Part shown: positions 53,701 through 63,980 of the stretch, piece after piece
How the letters are laid out: every line of letters begins with the position of its first letter
How positions within the stretch are numbered: the first letter of the stretch is position 1
NCBI GenBank assembly: GCA_043816005.1
Contig: JBDRIM010000041.1
Location: 3,326-67,325, forward strand
Direction of reading: 5' to 3'
DNA length: 64,000 nt
DNA from: Candidatus Micrarchaeota archaeon
GTDB lineage: Archaea > Micrarchaeota > Micrarchaeia > Anstonellales > Bilamarchaeaceae
Position numbers and translations under genes: made by a program
Notes under the pieces: generated by a model
Told to the model about the DNA's origin: nothing
Database searches by the model: none
Seen by the model: only the letters and a program-made list of their open reading frames with translations

Positions 53701-55554
53701 TTATAACTTTGTCGAATCTACAAGTGACTGTGAATAACAATGTTCTGGTAACTCAACTAAAAATCTTGAAGGTCGCATTTCATTAGATTCATAGAACCTG
53801 CCGGTTGATTTTGGATAGCTCATAATTAATTTTTCTTTTGCCCTGGAAGTTGCTACGTAAAACAATCTTCTTTCTTCTTCTATGTTAAATGAACGTTCAT
53901 GAGGTAGAGAGCCATCGGCTAAACCAATGATAAACACGCTGTCCCATTCTAATCCCTTTGCTTGATGGATGGTTGAAAGAATCAGATTACATTGCGTATT
54001 ATCCACAGAAGAATCAACATCAAGTGAGAATGCTTCAAGAAATTCACCAATTGACTGATAATGTGACGCAGCACCAACAAGTGCTTCAATATCTGGTTTT
54101 CTTTCCTCAGCATCATCAAATTTTTCTTCCAGATACTGACGGTAGAAGTTTTCATAAAAATTATCAAGCATGAATGCCGCATTTCCACCTGAAGAATAAA
54201 TATCTGATATGAGCGAGGAATAAAGTTCGTTTTTACCAATTTTAGCAAGTGCTTTTGGAATCGTAAGCGGATCGGTTATTGTATTGATTATTTTGGAAAT
54301 TGATTTTTCACCAACTTTTGGAAATAGTAGGAATAAACGTGATAATGACTGATGATCACTTGGATTATGATAAACTTTCAATAAGGAAACCATATCTTTG
54401 ATGTGACGTTGTTCAAAGAATTTGACTCCCCCTCGCATCTCGTATTTTATCCCACGCCTAGAAAGATCAACCTCTAATTCGCCAGCAAGATATGCTGCGC
54501 GGAAAAGGACACCCACTTTTCTTTTTTCCTTGAGTTCTAATTCAATTAAGTTTGTTATGATATGAGCTTCTTCAATTTTATCTGTAACTGTCAAAAAGGT
54601 GGGGAGATCATTACCATTAGTGATTGCTACGAGTTGTTTTTCCAGTTTTTCTTTGCTATTCGCCATTGTTTCATTGATTAAAGTTACTATTGGCTTGGTA
54701 CTGCGATAATTCTTTGTTAAAAAAAATGTTTGCGCGTTATATTTGTCTCTAAATTCTAGAATATTCTTTATGTCAGCACCTCTAAATGAATAGATGCTCT
54801 GTGAGTCATCACCAACAACCATCAGATTTTTTTTGTAAATTAGATCTAATATTGCAGTTTGAAGTTTATCAGTATCCTGGAACTCATCCACAAGTATGTT
54901 GGTAAAATGGTTTTTGTATTGCTCAGATATTGTTTTATCAGATAGAATAGTGTACGCAAAAAAAAGCAAATCATCAAAGTCTACAAGATTTTTACTTTTT
55001 TTAAGTTTCTCGTATTTTTTAGCAACGTCAGAGATAGTATCTGTGTGGATTCTCATATGGAAGAATTCTGGTTGCATAACCAATTCTTCAATTGATTCCA
55101 TCTTTAATTTTGAAAGAGAAATGAGTTGTTGAATGCTATTAACTACCCCGCGCTTGACGCTTTCATGATCGTCAAGTATGGCTTGTTTTAGCAATGACCT
55201 TGCATCTTCTTCATCAAGAATAGTAAAGTTCTTCTTAAGGCCAACGTGATTGGCATATTTTTTTACCACTTGGTTTGCAAAATAATGAAATGTACCTGAG
55301 ACAATTTGTCTTGCATTAGCCCCAATAAGATTTTCTGCTCTGTTTTTCATCTCTCTTGCTGCTTTGTTGGTGAATGTGAGCAATAAAATGGATTCTGGTC
55401 TTTCGCCACGTTCAAGTAGATTGCATAATCGATACACTAGGGTTCTTGTTTTTCCAGAACCAGGTCCAGCAATAACAAGTGATGTACCATCCCCATTAAT
55501 AACAATGTTAAGCTGTTCTTCGTTCAGTTCTTTAGTATAATCCATGTAAGTCAC
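53701..55554 (-). CDS. UvrD/PcrA/Rep-family superfamily 1 DNA helicase
   Basis: AGPGSGKT (motif I), TFTNKAAREM, VDEFQDT (motif II), SIYSFRGA, TIHQAKGLEWD, YVATSRAK. Confidence 0.9.
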   Translation of the reverse strand: MTYMDYTKELNEEQLNIVINGDGTSLVIAGPGSGKTRTLVYRLCNLLERGERPESILLLTFTNKAAREMKNRAENLIGANARQIVSGTFHYFANQVVKKYANHVGLKKNFTILDEEDARSLLKQAILDDHESVKRGVVNSIQQLISLSKLKMESIEELVMQPEFFHMRIHTDTISDVAKKYEKLKKSKNLVDFDDLLFFAYTILSDKTISEQYKNHFTNILVDEFQDTDKLQTAILDLIYKKNLMVVGDDSQSIYSFRGADIKNILEFRDKYNAQTFFLTKNYRSTKPIVTLINETMANSKEKLEKQLVAITNGNDLPTFLTVTDKIEEAHIITNLIELELKEKRKVGVLFRAAYLAGELEVDLSRRGIKYEMRGGVKFFEQRHIKDMVSLLKVYHNPSDHQSLSRLFLLFPKVGEKSISKIINTITDPLTIPKALAKIGKNELYSSLISDIYSSGGNAAFMLDNFYENFYRQYLEEKFDDAEERKPDIEALVGAASHYQSIGEFLEAFSLDVDSSVDNTQCNLILSTIHQAKGLEWDSVFIIGLADGSLPHERSFNIEEERRLFYVATSRAKEKLIMSYPKSTGRFYESNEMRPSRFLVELPEHCYSQSLVDSTKL

Positions 55555-56066
55555 TTTGAGTTATCATAAACAATTTCATATAATTTTTTCTTGATGTTGG
55601 TAAATTGATCTAGATTTAGTGGTCTTGGATAAGTTAGTAAATAAAGCGGAACCGGGGATTTTCCTTTGCCATAGGATGGCTGGACATAGGGATAATGATT
55701 CAATTTAAAACCGAATTGTTCGTAGAATTTTATTCTCAGATACTGTTGCTCGTTTTGGGGTTTTTCAACTTCAAGAATTATGTTTTGGTACTTATTCATA
55801 AATTCGCCTAACATTTTGGAACCAATACCTTGATTACGAAGTTCTTTTTCAACTGCCAAGTGTTCTATGAATATAAATGTACCAAAATCCCAAAAAGAGA
55901 TAAAACCTATAACCCTATCTTCAACTGCAGCCATTAGGGAATAGTCTTTTTTGTCAAAAAGCAACAGATCGAGTTCACGTTTCTCATCAGAAGGAAATGA
56001 TGTCTCATAAATTAATTTTACTGCATCGAACAAAAATGAATCAGGTGTTATACGTTCGAAATACAT
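55551..56066 (-). CDS. GNAT family N-acetyltransferase
   Basis: Acetyl-CoA binding motif LRNQGIGSKML. 4-nt overlap with the helicase gene start. Confidence 0.8.
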   Translation of the reverse strand: MYFERITPDSFLFDAVKLIYETSFPSDEKRELDLLLFDKKDYSLMAAVEDRVIGFISFWDFGTFIFIEHLAVEKELRNQGIGSKMLGEFMNKYQNIILEVEKPQNEQQYLRIKFYEQFGFKLNHYPYVQPSYGKGKSPVPLYLLTYPRPLNLDQFTNIKKKLYEIVYDNSK

Positions 56067-56087
56067 ATCTTAGTTTTAGCTGGTAGG

Positions 56088-56510
56088 TTATTTATTATTA
56101 AGGAATGTGTGGGCTTTATCTAAAATTTTCTTTGCGTTCTCATATGTTAAGCGTTTTCTTGCCTCACCATAAGATAACCAAAGAAACTCGGTATGCTCAT
56201 GTGAAAGATTTATATTTTTGTTTTTTGATCTTGCTAGAAAAAATAGTACATCCTTATGGAATTGTTCTTTGTTTCTTGTATATTTGTAGTCAAGAATCTC
56301 TTTGAATCCGCCAATAAGATCAAGATCGATAATGCCTGTTTCCTCCTTGACCTCACGCAATGCCGTATTGATTTCACTTTCACCAGGCTCTACATGACCT
56401 TTAGTAAAATCCCAGTGGCCCTCCACGTAATGCAATAGGAGATATATGCGCGGAAGACCCAACTTTTGTTCCATAAATAGGATAATGCCACAGGATTTCT
56501 CTTTGATCAT
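56088..56510 (-). CDS. NUDIX hydrolase
   Basis: Nudix box GHVEPGESEINTALREVKEETG. Start taken at MIKEKSCGIILF. Confidence 0.8.
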   Translation of the reverse strand: MIKEKSCGIILFMEQKLGLPRIYLLLHYVEGHWDFTKGHVEPGESEINTALREVKEETGIIDLDLIGGFKEILDYKYTRNKEQFHKDVLFFLARSKNKNINLSHEHTEFLWLSYGEARKRLTYENAKKILDKAHTFLNNK

Positions 56511-56589
56511 GATAAACCAAAGGATGGGCAAATTTAAAAACAATGCTAAGCATATGTTAAGGTTATCAATTACGTTTAGGTGTTATTAG

Positions 56590-56742
56590 ATGGGTAAATT
56601 TCCAGAAGCTGATCTAAAACTTGCAGGCATAACTGTTTGTAAGAAATGCAAAACAAGAAATAAGAAAACTGTAAAAATATGCAGAAAGTGTGGCTCAAAG
56701 TATTTGAGACCAAAAAGAAGAGAGATCAGAGCTAAGAAGTGA
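56590..56742 (+). CDS. rpl40e: 50S ribosomal protein L40e (50 aa; below the ORF-track cutoff)
   Basis: Manual translation gives MGKFPEADLKLAGITVCKKCKTRNKKTVKICRKCGSKYLRPKRREIRAKK*. CxxC...CxxC zinc ribbon and a basic tail typical of L40e. The listed minus-strand ORF here is antisense noise. Confidence 0.8.
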   Translation: MGKFPEADLKLAGITVCKKCKTRNKKTVKICRKCGSKYLRPKRREIRAKK

Positions 56743-56782
56743 TGAAGTAGTATGAATGGTTCGAGAAAGAGCATTCAGAAAC

Positions 56783-56790
56783 TTTATAAA
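56783..56790 (+). promoter_or_regulatory. TATA-box-like element for the rps12 operon, implying a ~210-nt leader
   Basis: tttataaa lies ~240 nt upstream of the rps12 ATG, with the hairpin array in between. Confidence 0.3.
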
Positions 56791-56803
56791 TCCTTCTCAG
56801 TAT

Positions 56804-57027
56804 CATTTCATGGCGAGAACGACGATTCGTTCTTGATTATCGTGAAATGCTTTGCGTTTCACTTCATGGCTTGAAGCAAAGCTTCAAGATAGTAATGATC
56901 GTTGCGACGATCATTCCGTGGCTTGAATGAACTGAGAAGAGTTCATTGATTAGTTTTAATCTTTATCATTTAGGTGAATTCTGCTTGAACGGCGAACCGT
57001 TCAAGTCATTCACCAACAGGTGAATTA
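56804..57027 (+). promoter_or_regulatory. Highly structured modular 5' leader of rps12-rps7
   Basis: Six perfect hairpins with 7-9 bp stems (56816-56833, 56842-56862, 56870-56888, 56894-56915, 56926-56947, 56984-57005), arranged in three ~55-nt modules that each begin TTCATGGC/CCGTGGC. Duplicated aggtgaat segments compete for attcacc next to the SD. Confidence 0.45.
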
Positions 57028-57456
57028 ATGAGTAATGGTGAATTTGCAGGAAGAAATGTACAGAGAACGCGCAAGAAGCATAAGTGGCTCTCTAAAAGAT
57101 GGAAGAGGCGAACACTCAAATTGAAAGAAAAATTTGATCCTTTAGAAGGTGCGCCACAAGCTAAAGCTATAGTCTTGGAAAAGGTTGTTTTGGAACAAAA
57201 ACAGCCCCACTCAGGTTTGATTAAGTGTGTGAAATGCCAACTTCTAAAAAATGGTAAAGTTGTAACTGCACATGCGGTCAGAAACAAGGCAATTACTTTC
57301 ATTGACGAACACGACGAAGTTCTGCTTGCAGGACTCGGTGGTTCACAACGAGGACAGATGGGTTCTATACCTGGTGTTCGATACAAAGTTGTAGCAGTAA
57401 ATAACATCGATCTCCAAATGCTTAGAAAAGGCAAAAAGGAGAAGGCAAAGAGATGA
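57028..57456 (+). CDS. rps12: 30S ribosomal protein S12 (uS12)
   Basis: Typical archaeal S12 sequence ([16 protein letters not shown]...[15 protein letters not shown]...GVRYKVV). Confidence 0.95.
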   Translation: MSNGEFAGRNVQRTRKKHKWLSKRWKRRTLKLKEKFDPLEGAPQAKAIVLEKVVLEQKQPHSGLIKCVKCQLLKNGKVVTAHAVRNKAITFIDEHDEVLLAGLGGSQRGQMGSIPGVRYKVVAVNNIDLQMLRKGKKEKAKR

Positions 57457-57460
57457 TTGA

Positions 57461-58066
57461 ATGGATAAATTATTTGGTAAATACTCATTGGACAATGTAG
57501 TAGTCAAAGACCTAAGTTTGGCACAGAACATCTCACTTACGCCAATCCTTGTTCCACATACATTTGGTAGAAACTCAAGAAAGGTCTTGGGTAAGACACA
57601 AGTAAATGTTGTAGAGCGACTTGCAAACAAGCTCATGAGAGGTGGTACTGGTGAAAAGACCTCAGGTAAGGTCATCAGAACCAAAGGAAGAATGCAAGGT
57701 AAAAAACTTAGGGCTTTGAAAATTGTTGAAAGAGCATTTACTATTGTTGAAGGACAAACAAAAGAAAATCCCGTTCAGGTTTTAATAAAAGCACTTGAAA
57801 ACGCTGCTCCAAGAGAAGATGTTACAAGAGTGTCACATGGTGGTGTCAGCTATCAAATTGCAGTTGATGTTTCAGCAACAAGAAGGCTTGACATGGCTTT
57901 GAGAAATATGGCACTTGCTGCTTTGATGGGAGCTTTTAATAAACCAAAATCACTTGCACAGGCACTTGCTGATGAGATTATCTCTACTGCAAAAGGAGAC
58001 ACGCAAACAAGTTATGCGATCAAAAAACGTGACGAAACCGAACGTATGGCACGATCAGCCAGGTAA
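57461..58066 (+). CDS. rps7: 30S ribosomal protein S7 (uS7)
   Basis: Archaeal S7 pattern (VERLANKLMRGG...NPVQVLIKALENAAPRED...AIKKRDETERMA). Confidence 0.95.
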   Translation: MDKLFGKYSLDNVVVKDLSLAQNISLTPILVPHTFGRNSRKVLGKTQVNVVERLANKLMRGGTGEKTSGKVIRTKGRMQGKKLRALKIVERAFTIVEGQTKENPVQVLIKALENAAPREDVTRVSHGGVSYQIAVDVSATRRLDMALRNMALAALMGAFNKPKSLAQALADEIISTAKGDTQTSYAIKKRDETERMARSAR

Positions 58067-58865
58067 ATTTCGGTTTATTTCTTTAATTTTACTTTTTCTA
58101 TTTGCAATTACATTAATTGATATGCTAATTATAGAACCGAACAACCTCCTAATTAGGAATAATAATTTTGATATAGAAGGTAATTATCAAATTAAGGTTG
58201 TTTTTTTCAGTGACATTCATATTGGTCAACAAAGACCAGGATATCTTGAGGACATAGTTACCAAAGTAAATGCACAAAACCCAGATATTATCCTAATTGG
58301 TGGTGATATAATAGACAGGAGTGAAAGCGAACTGGCATTACTAGAACCATTAAAAAATTTAAAATCAAAATATGGAACTTACGCAGTCCTTGGAAATCAT
58401 GATTATGGGAATTGGGGTTGTGGTATGCCAACCGGATTAGGGGAAAAGGTTGCAGAAAAATTGAGCGAACTTAAGATCACTGTACTTAGAAATGACAATC
58501 GGATGGTTACCGCCAATGGGACCAAAATCGCAATAGTAGGTCTTGATGATGCATGGATGTGCCTTGAAGATTATCAAAAAGCAATAATTGGACTTGATAA
58601 TATATCAAAAATTATAGTTGCACATAATCAATTTGCAATGGAAGAGGAAGAAATGGAAGAAAATTTCATTGTTCTGAGCGGACATACGCATTGCAGCCAA
58701 ATTAGAATTCCAATTTTAAGTGATTTGGTTTTAGAACCATTTTTTGGAAAAATAGGAGGACAATATGCGTATGGTAATGGAACGCTTTATGTAAGCTGTG
58801 GAGTTGCATCTGGCACGGTGAGATTCCTTGCACCACCAGAAATAAACGTAATTCAACTAGAATAA
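58014..58865 (+). CDS. Membrane-anchored calcineurin-like metallophosphoesterase
   Basis: FFSDIHIG, GGDIID, GNHD and GHTH motifs after one TM helix. The start is uncertain; the first in-frame ATG (58014) overlaps the S7 3' end. Confidence 0.65.
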   Translation: MRSKNVTKPNVWHDQPGKFRFISLILLFLFAITLIDMLIIEPNNLLIRNNNFDIEGNYQIKVVFFSDIHIGQQRPGYLEDIVTKVNAQNPDIILIGGDIIDRSESELALLEPLKNLKSKYGTYAVLGNHDYGNWGCGMPTGLGEKVAEKLSELKITVLRNDNRMVTANGTKIAIVGLDDAWMCLEDYQKAIIGLDNISKIIVAHNQFAMEEEEMEENFIVLSGHTHCSQIRIPILSDLVLEPFFGKIGGQYAYGNGTLYVSCGVASGTVRFLAPPEINVIQLE

Positions 58866-58918
58866 GCGTTCACGTAAACTTAATAAACCTTATTTCTGAT
58901 TGTCATTTGGTGATAATA

Positions 58919-59242
58919 ATGGCTAGAAGCCCTGTAATGGCAGTAGTAATGGCGATTATACCGTTTGTAGGATTGTATCTGTTGTATAAATGGTTTAGTG
59001 AATACAAAGAAGCTACAAAAGCAACGTATAATCCAATTATACAGTTGGTTTTGTGTTGTATTCCGTTGGTAAACTTATTTATATTATGGAAGTTTTTTGG
59101 TGGTGTTGAAGAAGCAGCAAAGGCAAAAGGTTCTGCGGGATACCCACTTGGAACAACCGTATTATTCATAGTTGGGTTAGTAACCGGTATAGGTATGTTA
59201 TTTATGATTTACAAAACCCAGGAATTAATGAATACATTGTAA
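58919..59242 (+). CDS. Small hypothetical membrane protein
   Basis: Three hydrophobic helices. ATG at 58919 preceded by SD ggtga. Confidence 0.4.
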   Translation: MARSPVMAVVMAIIPFVGLYLLYKWFSEYKEATKATYNPIIQLVLCCIPLVNLFILWKFFGGVEEAAKAKGSAGYPLGTTVLFIVGLVTGIGMLFMIYKTQELMNTL

Positions 59243-59378
59243 TTTTTTCTTATTTTTTATTTTAATCCCCTTAACCTCAGATTTATATTACTTTCCCATT
59301 AGATAAAACTTACTCTTTATGCTAAAGCAAACCAGGTTTGTTTGTAGCGCATTAGATAGATAAACTATAGGTGTAAAT

Positions 59379-61568
59379 ATGGCGAGAAAAGAATTTGTAG
59401 TTGAAGAAGTACAAAGAATGATGGAAGGTATTGATCAGGTACGTAACGTTGCAATCGTCGCTCATGTTGATCATGGTAAGACAACATTAACTGATTCTCT
59501 TATAGCAAGAGCAGGCCTTATATCAAAAGAACTTGCAGGCGCACAAAGATGGACAGATTTCGATCCTCAGGAACAGGCAAGAGGAATTACAATTAAATCT
59601 GCAGATGTTTCACTTGGCTTCAATTTCGAAGGTAAAGATCACTTGATTAACCTTATTGATACTCCGGGTCACGTTGATTTTGGTTTTCATGTTGTTCGTG
59701 CCATGCGCGCGGTTGATGGTATTTGTCTAGTTGTTGATGCAGTTGAGGGTGTTATGCCTCAAACAGAAACAAATCTGAGACAGGCACTCAAAGAAAGAGC
59801 AAAACCAATCCTTTTCATTAACAAAATTGACAGATTGATAAATGAACTTAAACTTGATTCTGCTGGAATGCAAGCAAGATTTATAAAAATTATCACGCAA
59901 GTGAACAAAATTATCGAGGCAAATGCACAACCAGAACAAAAAGATGATTGGCTTATTTCAGTAAACAAAGGGAATGTAGCTTTTGGAACTGCATACAACA
60001 AATGGGCAGTTTCAATAAAATCAATGAAAAAATTCAATATAACTTTCCCAGAAATTTACCAACGATGTGTTGATGGTGATCATAAATCCCTTGTAGAAAG
60101 AAGTCCTTTAGACGAAGTACTTCTTGAAATAATAATTACACATCTTCCATCTCCAAAAGTTGCACAGCCCTACCGTATCCCAGTTCTTTGGAAACATGGT
60201 GATTTGACAACCGAAGCAGGTAAATCCATGCTTTCATGCGATAAAAAAGGTAAATTAATCGGCGTTTGTTTCGGTGTTGTTTACGATGAACATGCAGGTG
60301 AAGTTGCAGTTATACGATTTTTCTCAGGAACTGTGGAAAAAGGAATGCAACTTTATATTGCATCAAAAAAGATGTATGCTAAAGTCCAGCAGGTAGGTAT
60401 TTTTATGGGACCTGATCGTGTTGCTGCTGAAAAAGTGATGGCAGGTAACATAGGTGCAGTTGTTGGTTTGAAAGATGTATACGTCGGAGAAACTATCTCT
60501 GTTGAACCACTAGAACCATTTGAACAAATAAAACACTATTCAGAACCAGTTATTACAAAGTCTATTGAGGTCAAGGAACAAAAAGACTTGCCAAAATTGA
60601 TTGAAGCACTAAGAAGCATTTCAAAAGAAGACCCAACATTAAAAGTACAATTGGCAGAAACTGGCGAACACTTGATTAGTGGAAATGGTGAGCTACATTT
60701 GGAAATTATCGAATATAAGATAGTCAATGAGAAGAAAGTTCCGATAATAACTTCAGCACCAATAGTTGTTTACAGGGAAGCTTTGCTTGGCAAATCACCA
60801 GTGGTTGAAGGAAAATCACCAAACAAACACAACAAACTTAAGGTCATGGTTGAACCTTTAGAACCAGCAATCATTCAAGCAATTCAGGATAATGTTGTTA
60901 AGGAAGGCAGACCAAAAGGAAGAGAGGTTTGGGAAAAGTTTATTGAATTAGGTATGGAGCGTGAAGAAGCGAAGAGCATTTACGATATCCACAATGGCAG
61001 TGTGTTTATTGATTGTACCAAAGGTATCCAATATTTGAATGAAGTTGAGGAACTTATGATACAAGGTTTCGAAGAAGCACTTGATCAAGGACCATTGGCA
61101 AAGGAAAAGATGAGCGGGATCAAAGTAAAATTGATTGATGCAACACTTCATGAAGATAATATCCACCGTGGTCCTGCGCAAATGATTCCAACTACTAAAA
61201 GAGCAATTTATGCTGCTATGCTTACTGCAGGAGTTACGTTGCTTGAACCAAAACAAAAAGTGCTCATAAACACTTTGCAAGAGTATGCAGGTAGTGTCAT
61301 TACCCTTACAAACGGAAGAAGAGGACAGCTAGTAGATATGCAACAAGAAGGAGAAAACACTGCGATAACCACCGTCCTGCCAGTTGCAGAGATGTTTGGT
61401 TTTGCCAATGAACTTAGAGGTGCAACACAAGGAAGAGCAATCTGGTACCAAGAATATGGTGGATACCAACCGATGCCAAAGGAACTTGTTGCTAAGGTTG
61501 TTAGGCAAATACGTGAAAGAAAAGGAGAAAGACCAGATCCACCAACTGCAGCATTCTTTATGGAATAG
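59379..61568 (+). CDS. fusA: Translation elongation factor 2 (aEF-2)
   Basis: G domain AHVDHGKTT, DTPGHVDF, NKID. Diphthamide-loop context LHEDNIHRGPAQ. Confidence 0.95.
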   Translation: MARKEFVVEEVQRMMEGIDQVRNVAIVAHVDHGKTTLTDSLIARAGLISKELAGAQRWTDFDPQEQARGITIKSADVSLGFNFEGKDHLINLIDTPGHVDFGFHVVRAMRAVDGICLVVDAVEGVMPQTETNLRQALKERAKPILFINKIDRLINELKLDSAGMQARFIKIITQVNKIIEANAQPEQKDDWLISVNKGNVAFGTAYNKWAVSIKSMKKFNITFPEIYQRCVDGDHKSLVERSPLDEVLLEIIITHLPSPKVAQPYRIPVLWKHGDLTTEAGKSMLSCDKKGKLIGVCFGVVYDEHAGEVAVIRFFSGTVEKGMQLYIASKKMYAKVQQVGIFMGPDRVAAEKVMAGNIGAVVGLKDVYVGETISVEPLEPFEQIKHYSEPVITKSIEVKEQKDLPKLIEALRSISKEDPTLKVQLAETGEHLISGNGELHLEIIEYKIVNEKKVPIITSAPIVVYREALLGKSPVVEGKSPNKHNKLKVMVEPLEPAIIQAIQDNVVKEGRPKGREVWEKFIELGMEREEAKSIYDIHNGSVFIDCTKGIQYLNEVEELMIQGFEEALDQGPLAKEKMSGIKVKLIDATLHEDNIHRGPAQMIPTTKRAIYAAMLTAGVTLLEPKQKVLINTLQEYAGSVITLTNGRRGQLVDMQQEGENTAITTVLPVAEMFGFANELRGATQGRAIWYQEYGGYQPMPKELVAKVVRQIRERKGERPDPPTAAFFME

Positions 61569-61630
61569 TTGCGGAACAACTATTCCTGCCATTGTTGCCT
61601 TGCAACAATAGCATGGAGTGATTTTTTGTT

Positions 61631-61651
61631 TGTGAAACCTACGGTTTCACA
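61631..61651 (+). terminator. Hairpin downstream of aEF-2
   Basis: tgtgaaacc-tac-ggtttcaca (9-bp stem) followed by a T-rich tract. Confidence 0.35.
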
Positions 61652-61742
61652 CATCCCTTTTTATTTAATTTTTTTAATTCGAATTTTTATTATTCTACAA
61701 TTTTTTTAATAACCGTGAACTGGAAGTGAGCGCAATAAAAAA

Positions 61743-62081
61743 TTAGATTCGGTTTCTTGAAATCTGTATTTCAAGCCAATTTTTTACTTCCCCAAATTCT
61801 ACAGGTTCAACTAAGATGCCTCTGGTTGCCTTACCTTTAACAAAAAATACATAGGTCGGGTACCTTTCAACTTTATAAAAATCAGCTATTTCCTCAAGAT
61901 TAACAGCATCAAGACGATAAAATTTGATTTTATCAGCAAATTCATTGGCTAATTTAGATTCAAATTCTTCAGAAATTTTGCAATCACCGCACAGAGGTGC
62001 ATAAAAAACAACCACCGCAGCACGAACGGTTTTTAGTAATATTTTCGGATCTTGATCTATTTCGGTGGTCATATTAGTCAA
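61743..62081 (-). CDS. trxA: Thioredoxin-family protein
   Basis: VVVFYAPLCGDCK CxxC active-site context and Trx-fold length. Confidence 0.7.
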   Translation of the reverse strand: MTNMTTEIDQDPKILLKTVRAAVVVFYAPLCGDCKISEEFESKLANEFADKIKFYRLDAVNLEEIADFYKVERYPTYVFFVKGKATRGILVEPVEFGEVKNWLEIQISRNRI

Positions 62082-62343
62082 CTTTTTCTATTACAACAAA
62101 AAAAATTAGTAATGCGCATGATTAATTTATTTATACAACGTAAAGGATTGAAATTTGAAATGCAATTCAAGTGTAAACTATCGCTGATTTCAGACCAACC
62201 CAGATTTTTCAAAACATATAATTTGGATTTGTCTTGACGCATTATTGGTTTCTTAGATTTCTTTTTCACAAGTTTCACCAAATCGATTATATTTGAAATT
62301 TAGATACAAAAGATATTTAACAACTGCCACTGTGAATTTTTTG

Positions 62344-63558
62344 ATGAAATTATTTGATACGATGATTAGAAAGAAACGCGAATTTAGACCATTATTAGGA
62401 AATAACGTAAGGATTTACACTTGTGGTCCATCTGTTTACGCTTATTCGCATATAGGCAACTTCAGAACATATGTTTTTGAAGACATTTTAGTCAGATATT
62501 TGATTTACAAAGGGTATCAAGTAAAGCGCATCATGAATATTACTGACGTCGAGGATAAGGCCATATTGTGTGTTAAAAAAGAAGGAAGAACATTGGAAGC
62601 AGTGCAGAAAGAAAAGATTAATGCATTTTTATCGGATTTTAATGAACTTGGCATGTTGAAACCAACAATAATTGCAAAGGCATCAGAACATATTGATCAA
62701 ATGACAACCTTAATAGAAAAAATTTGTAAGAACGGATATTGCAGATACGAAAAGGATGGAGTTTATTTTGATGTTCGTAAATTTTTGAGATATGGAAATT
62801 TGAAACATATTAAGAACAAAAAATACCTTGGTAAGATGAACAAAGATGATTATTCTCGAGAGGGACTGTGGGATTTTAGATTGTGGAAATTTTGGACTCC
62901 GAGGGATGGTAACGTCAAATGGAGAAGTTCTTTTGGAATAGGAAGACCTGGATGGCATATTGAATGTAGTGCAATGGCGATGCATTACCTTGGTGATTCA
63001 TTTGACATACATTGCGGTGGTAGTGATAACATATACCCACATCATGAAAACGAGATAGCACAAAGTGAAAGTGCTTCTGGGGAAAAATTAGCAAATTTTT
63101 GGCTTCATGCTAAGCACCTGACAATAGAAAAAAAGAAAATGTCTAAGAGAACCGGAAATGTGCTTTATGTAAAACAACTCAAAAAAGCAGGAGTACCACC
63201 AAATTGTTTGCGTTTTTATCTGACATCAGAAAAATATAGAAATCCTCTTGATTTTTCAATTGAAAAATTCAAAAGTAAGGTATGCGACTGTGAAAAAACA
63301 AGAAAACTGATTAAAAAATTAAAAAATATTAGTGGAAGTGGAGGGAGTAAAATTGGGAAAACATATGCAAAAAAGCTCCTCGAAGGATTTGAAAATGCAA
63401 TGGATGATGATTTGAACACAAAATTAGCCTACAAAAGAATTTTTGCAGTGATGGACAATGTGGAAATTTTAATTAACGCAAAAAAATTATCGAAAAAAGA
63501 TTGTATAGAAATTGTTCGTGCAATAGGAAAAATTGATTCTGTATTGCGTGTTTTCTAA
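62344..63558 (+). CDS. cysS: Cysteinyl-tRNA synthetase (short form)
   Basis: Class I motifs HIGNFRTY (HIGH) and KMSKRTGN (KMSKS). CGPSVY start pattern and GWHIECSAM zinc/cysteine-site context. Start taken at MKLFDTM. Confidence 0.85.
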   Translation: MKLFDTMIRKKREFRPLLGNNVRIYTCGPSVYAYSHIGNFRTYVFEDILVRYLIYKGYQVKRIMNITDVEDKAILCVKKEGRTLEAVQKEKINAFLSDFNELGMLKPTIIAKASEHIDQMTTLIEKICKNGYCRYEKDGVYFDVRKFLRYGNLKHIKNKKYLGKMNKDDYSREGLWDFRLWKFWTPRDGNVKWRSSFGIGRPGWHIECSAMAMHYLGDSFDIHCGGSDNIYPHHENEIAQSESASGEKLANFWLHAKHLTIEKKKMSKRTGNVLYVKQLKKAGVPPNCLRFYLTSEKYRNPLDFSIEKFKSKVCDCEKTRKLIKKLKNISGSGGSKIGKTYAKKLLEGFENAMDDDLNTKLAYKRIFAVMDNVEILINAKKLSKKDCIEIVRAIGKIDSVLRVF

Positions 63559-63980
63559 TTTTGTATTTCAGCAAGTGATTTTGCATATTTGTGTGGTCTA
63601 AAGAAATCACCGTTTTTAGGTGGATTTTCAGCTGTTAATCTTAATGTTTCTTTTGAATCAAATTTTTCATTAACAGCATCAAGTAAATTTTTTCCTAAGA
63701 CGTATGGGAATAAATTTGAGCATGCCCAAGCAGAAAAAAGACCAAGAACCAGATCTATTGAATTGGCAGCTATTGGTCTTTGAATAAAAATAGTTATGAG
63801 ACCAACAGACATAGAACCTAACGTAAGTGCAAGTATAGCCTCAAAATTACATGAAATTTTAAATTTAAGTCTTTCAAAAAATGTAAAATCTTTTTCATTA
63901 TCTCCAGCAAGCTGTTCACAAAATTTAGCTCTGCCTTCAATAAGAGAGAGGAGCCGGAATTTTGCTATTTTATATCTCAA
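63555..63980 (-). CDS. Hypothetical membrane protein, possibly 5'-incomplete
   Basis: The listed start is a TTG, and the frame stays open to the window edge. Two hydrophobic segments. Confidence 0.3.
   Translation of the reverse strand: MRYKIAKFRLLSLIEGRAKFCEQLAGDNEKDFTFFERLKFKISCNFEAILALTLGSMSVGLITIFIQRPIAANSIDLVLGLFSAWACSNLFPYVLGKNLLDAVNEKFDSKETLRLTAENPPKNGDFFRPHKYAKSLAEIQN

Noticed and set aside
56804-57005. CRISPR array
   Set aside because: The repeated units conserve hairpin geometry and short linkers but not sequence. The period is ~55 nt with no identical repeats, and no cas genes are nearby.
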